Virus record (IMG/VR): IMGVR_UViG_3300042844_000089 | Location: 1 to 34,056 of that record | Reading direction: 5' to 3' (one strand) | Origin: a virus | Lineage: Duplodnaviria; Caudoviricetes | DNA: 34,056 bases | In this document: piece by piece, positions 33,440 through 34,056 of the stretch | How positions within the stretch are numbered: the stretch's first letter is position 1 | Layout: every line of letters begins with the position of its first letter | The notes under the pieces: model-generated | The model's database searches: none | What the model was told of the DNA's origin: nothing | The model's input: the letters and a program-made list of their open reading frames with translations, nothing else | Position numbers and translations under genes: made by a program

Positions 33440-33480
33440 TGTCAACAGTGCTGTGGTAGAGTGGTTTTCAGGTTGAAGGA

Positions 33481-33530
33481 AAACCCCGGAGCGCCTGCTC
33501 TCGCCAACAGATTCCGGCGCTCCGGGGTTT
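33481..33530 (+). promoter_or_regulatory. 15-bp leader/terminator hairpin downstream of a TAGAGT -10 box (33457-33462)
   Basis: AAACCCCGGAGCGCC/GGCGCTCCGGGGTTT. Confidence 0.55.
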
Positions 33531-33553
33531 CTGCATCACGGACGGAGAAGAGA

Positions 33554-34056
33554 TTGACTTCCGAGGTTTCCCTCGACGACATGCCCCGCGCGGTCTACGA
33601 GCCGTACGCCCTTCTCCTCGACGGCACGGGCGTCGCGCCCTCCGTCGAGCGCAACGGGTATGGGCGCATGCTGCTTACCCATCTGGGCGAGCGCACCCGG
33701 ATGACCATTCAGTTCCGGCTCAACGGCCGGAAGTGGCAGTGGGGGCAGTCGCACCTGTTCATCGACGGCAAGTCCGTGCCGCTGGCGCAGGGGGCTGACG
33801 CCTACATCGCGATCTACCAGGACCCCGACAACGGGCGCCGGAACCACACGCCGGAGGGTGCGGAGAAGTTCGTTCCGCCCGAGACCGAGTCCGTCAGTAG
33901 GCGTGACCTGCCTGTCTCTGTGGCCCGTGAGATGCGGGGGCTGTGGGAATTCGCCGAGAGCGGTGACTCTGTCACGGTCCGGGCGGAGATCACAGTTCAG
34001 CGCGACCGATACCTCGTCGTGGTGGAGCCCGTCGCGAGCGGTCCGAAGATCATCTA
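33554..34056 (+). CDS. Hypothetical protein, truncated by the window end
   Basis: TTG start after GGAG; frame open to the window edge (translated by hand). Confidence 0.65.
   Translation, partial: MTSEVSLDDMPRAVYEPYALLLDGTGVAPSVERNGYGRMLLTHLGERTRMTIQFRLNGRKWQWGQSHLFIDGKSVPLAQGADAYIAIYQDPDNGRRNHTPEGAEKFVPPETESVSRRDLPVSVAREMRGLWEFAESGDSVTVRAEITVQRDRYLVVVEPVASGPKII

Overview
High-GC, tightly packed (many ATGA/GTGA overlaps) accessory DNA with actinobacterial (Streptomyces-like) signals. It most resembles the early/replication arm of a large phage or phage-like plasmid; no structural, integrase or housekeeping genes lie in the window. Bases ~1950-27930 are transcribed leftward. They contain a replication module (wHTH initiator plus a paralog, DnaB helicase, zinc-finger/TOPRIM primase, and a degenerate DnaB-like domain), a sortase-like secreted protein, a cold-shock protein, a dCMP deaminase, a MazG-like protein, an MmcB-like nuclease and many small hypothetical genes. 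Bases ~28600-34056 run rightward (hypotheticals, DUF1643). The most striking part is a minus-strand tRNA array (13685-17385) with nine canonical CCA-less tRNAs (Trp, Pro, Thr, Lys, Asp, Arg x2, Phe, Gln). Interleaved with them are three tRNA-bodied RNAs that keep well-paired acceptor and T stems but carry large, folded insertions in the anticodon or variable arm, plus several non-tRNA structured RNA candidates and a uORF/hairpin translational switch. All folds and family calls were made by eye, without database searches.
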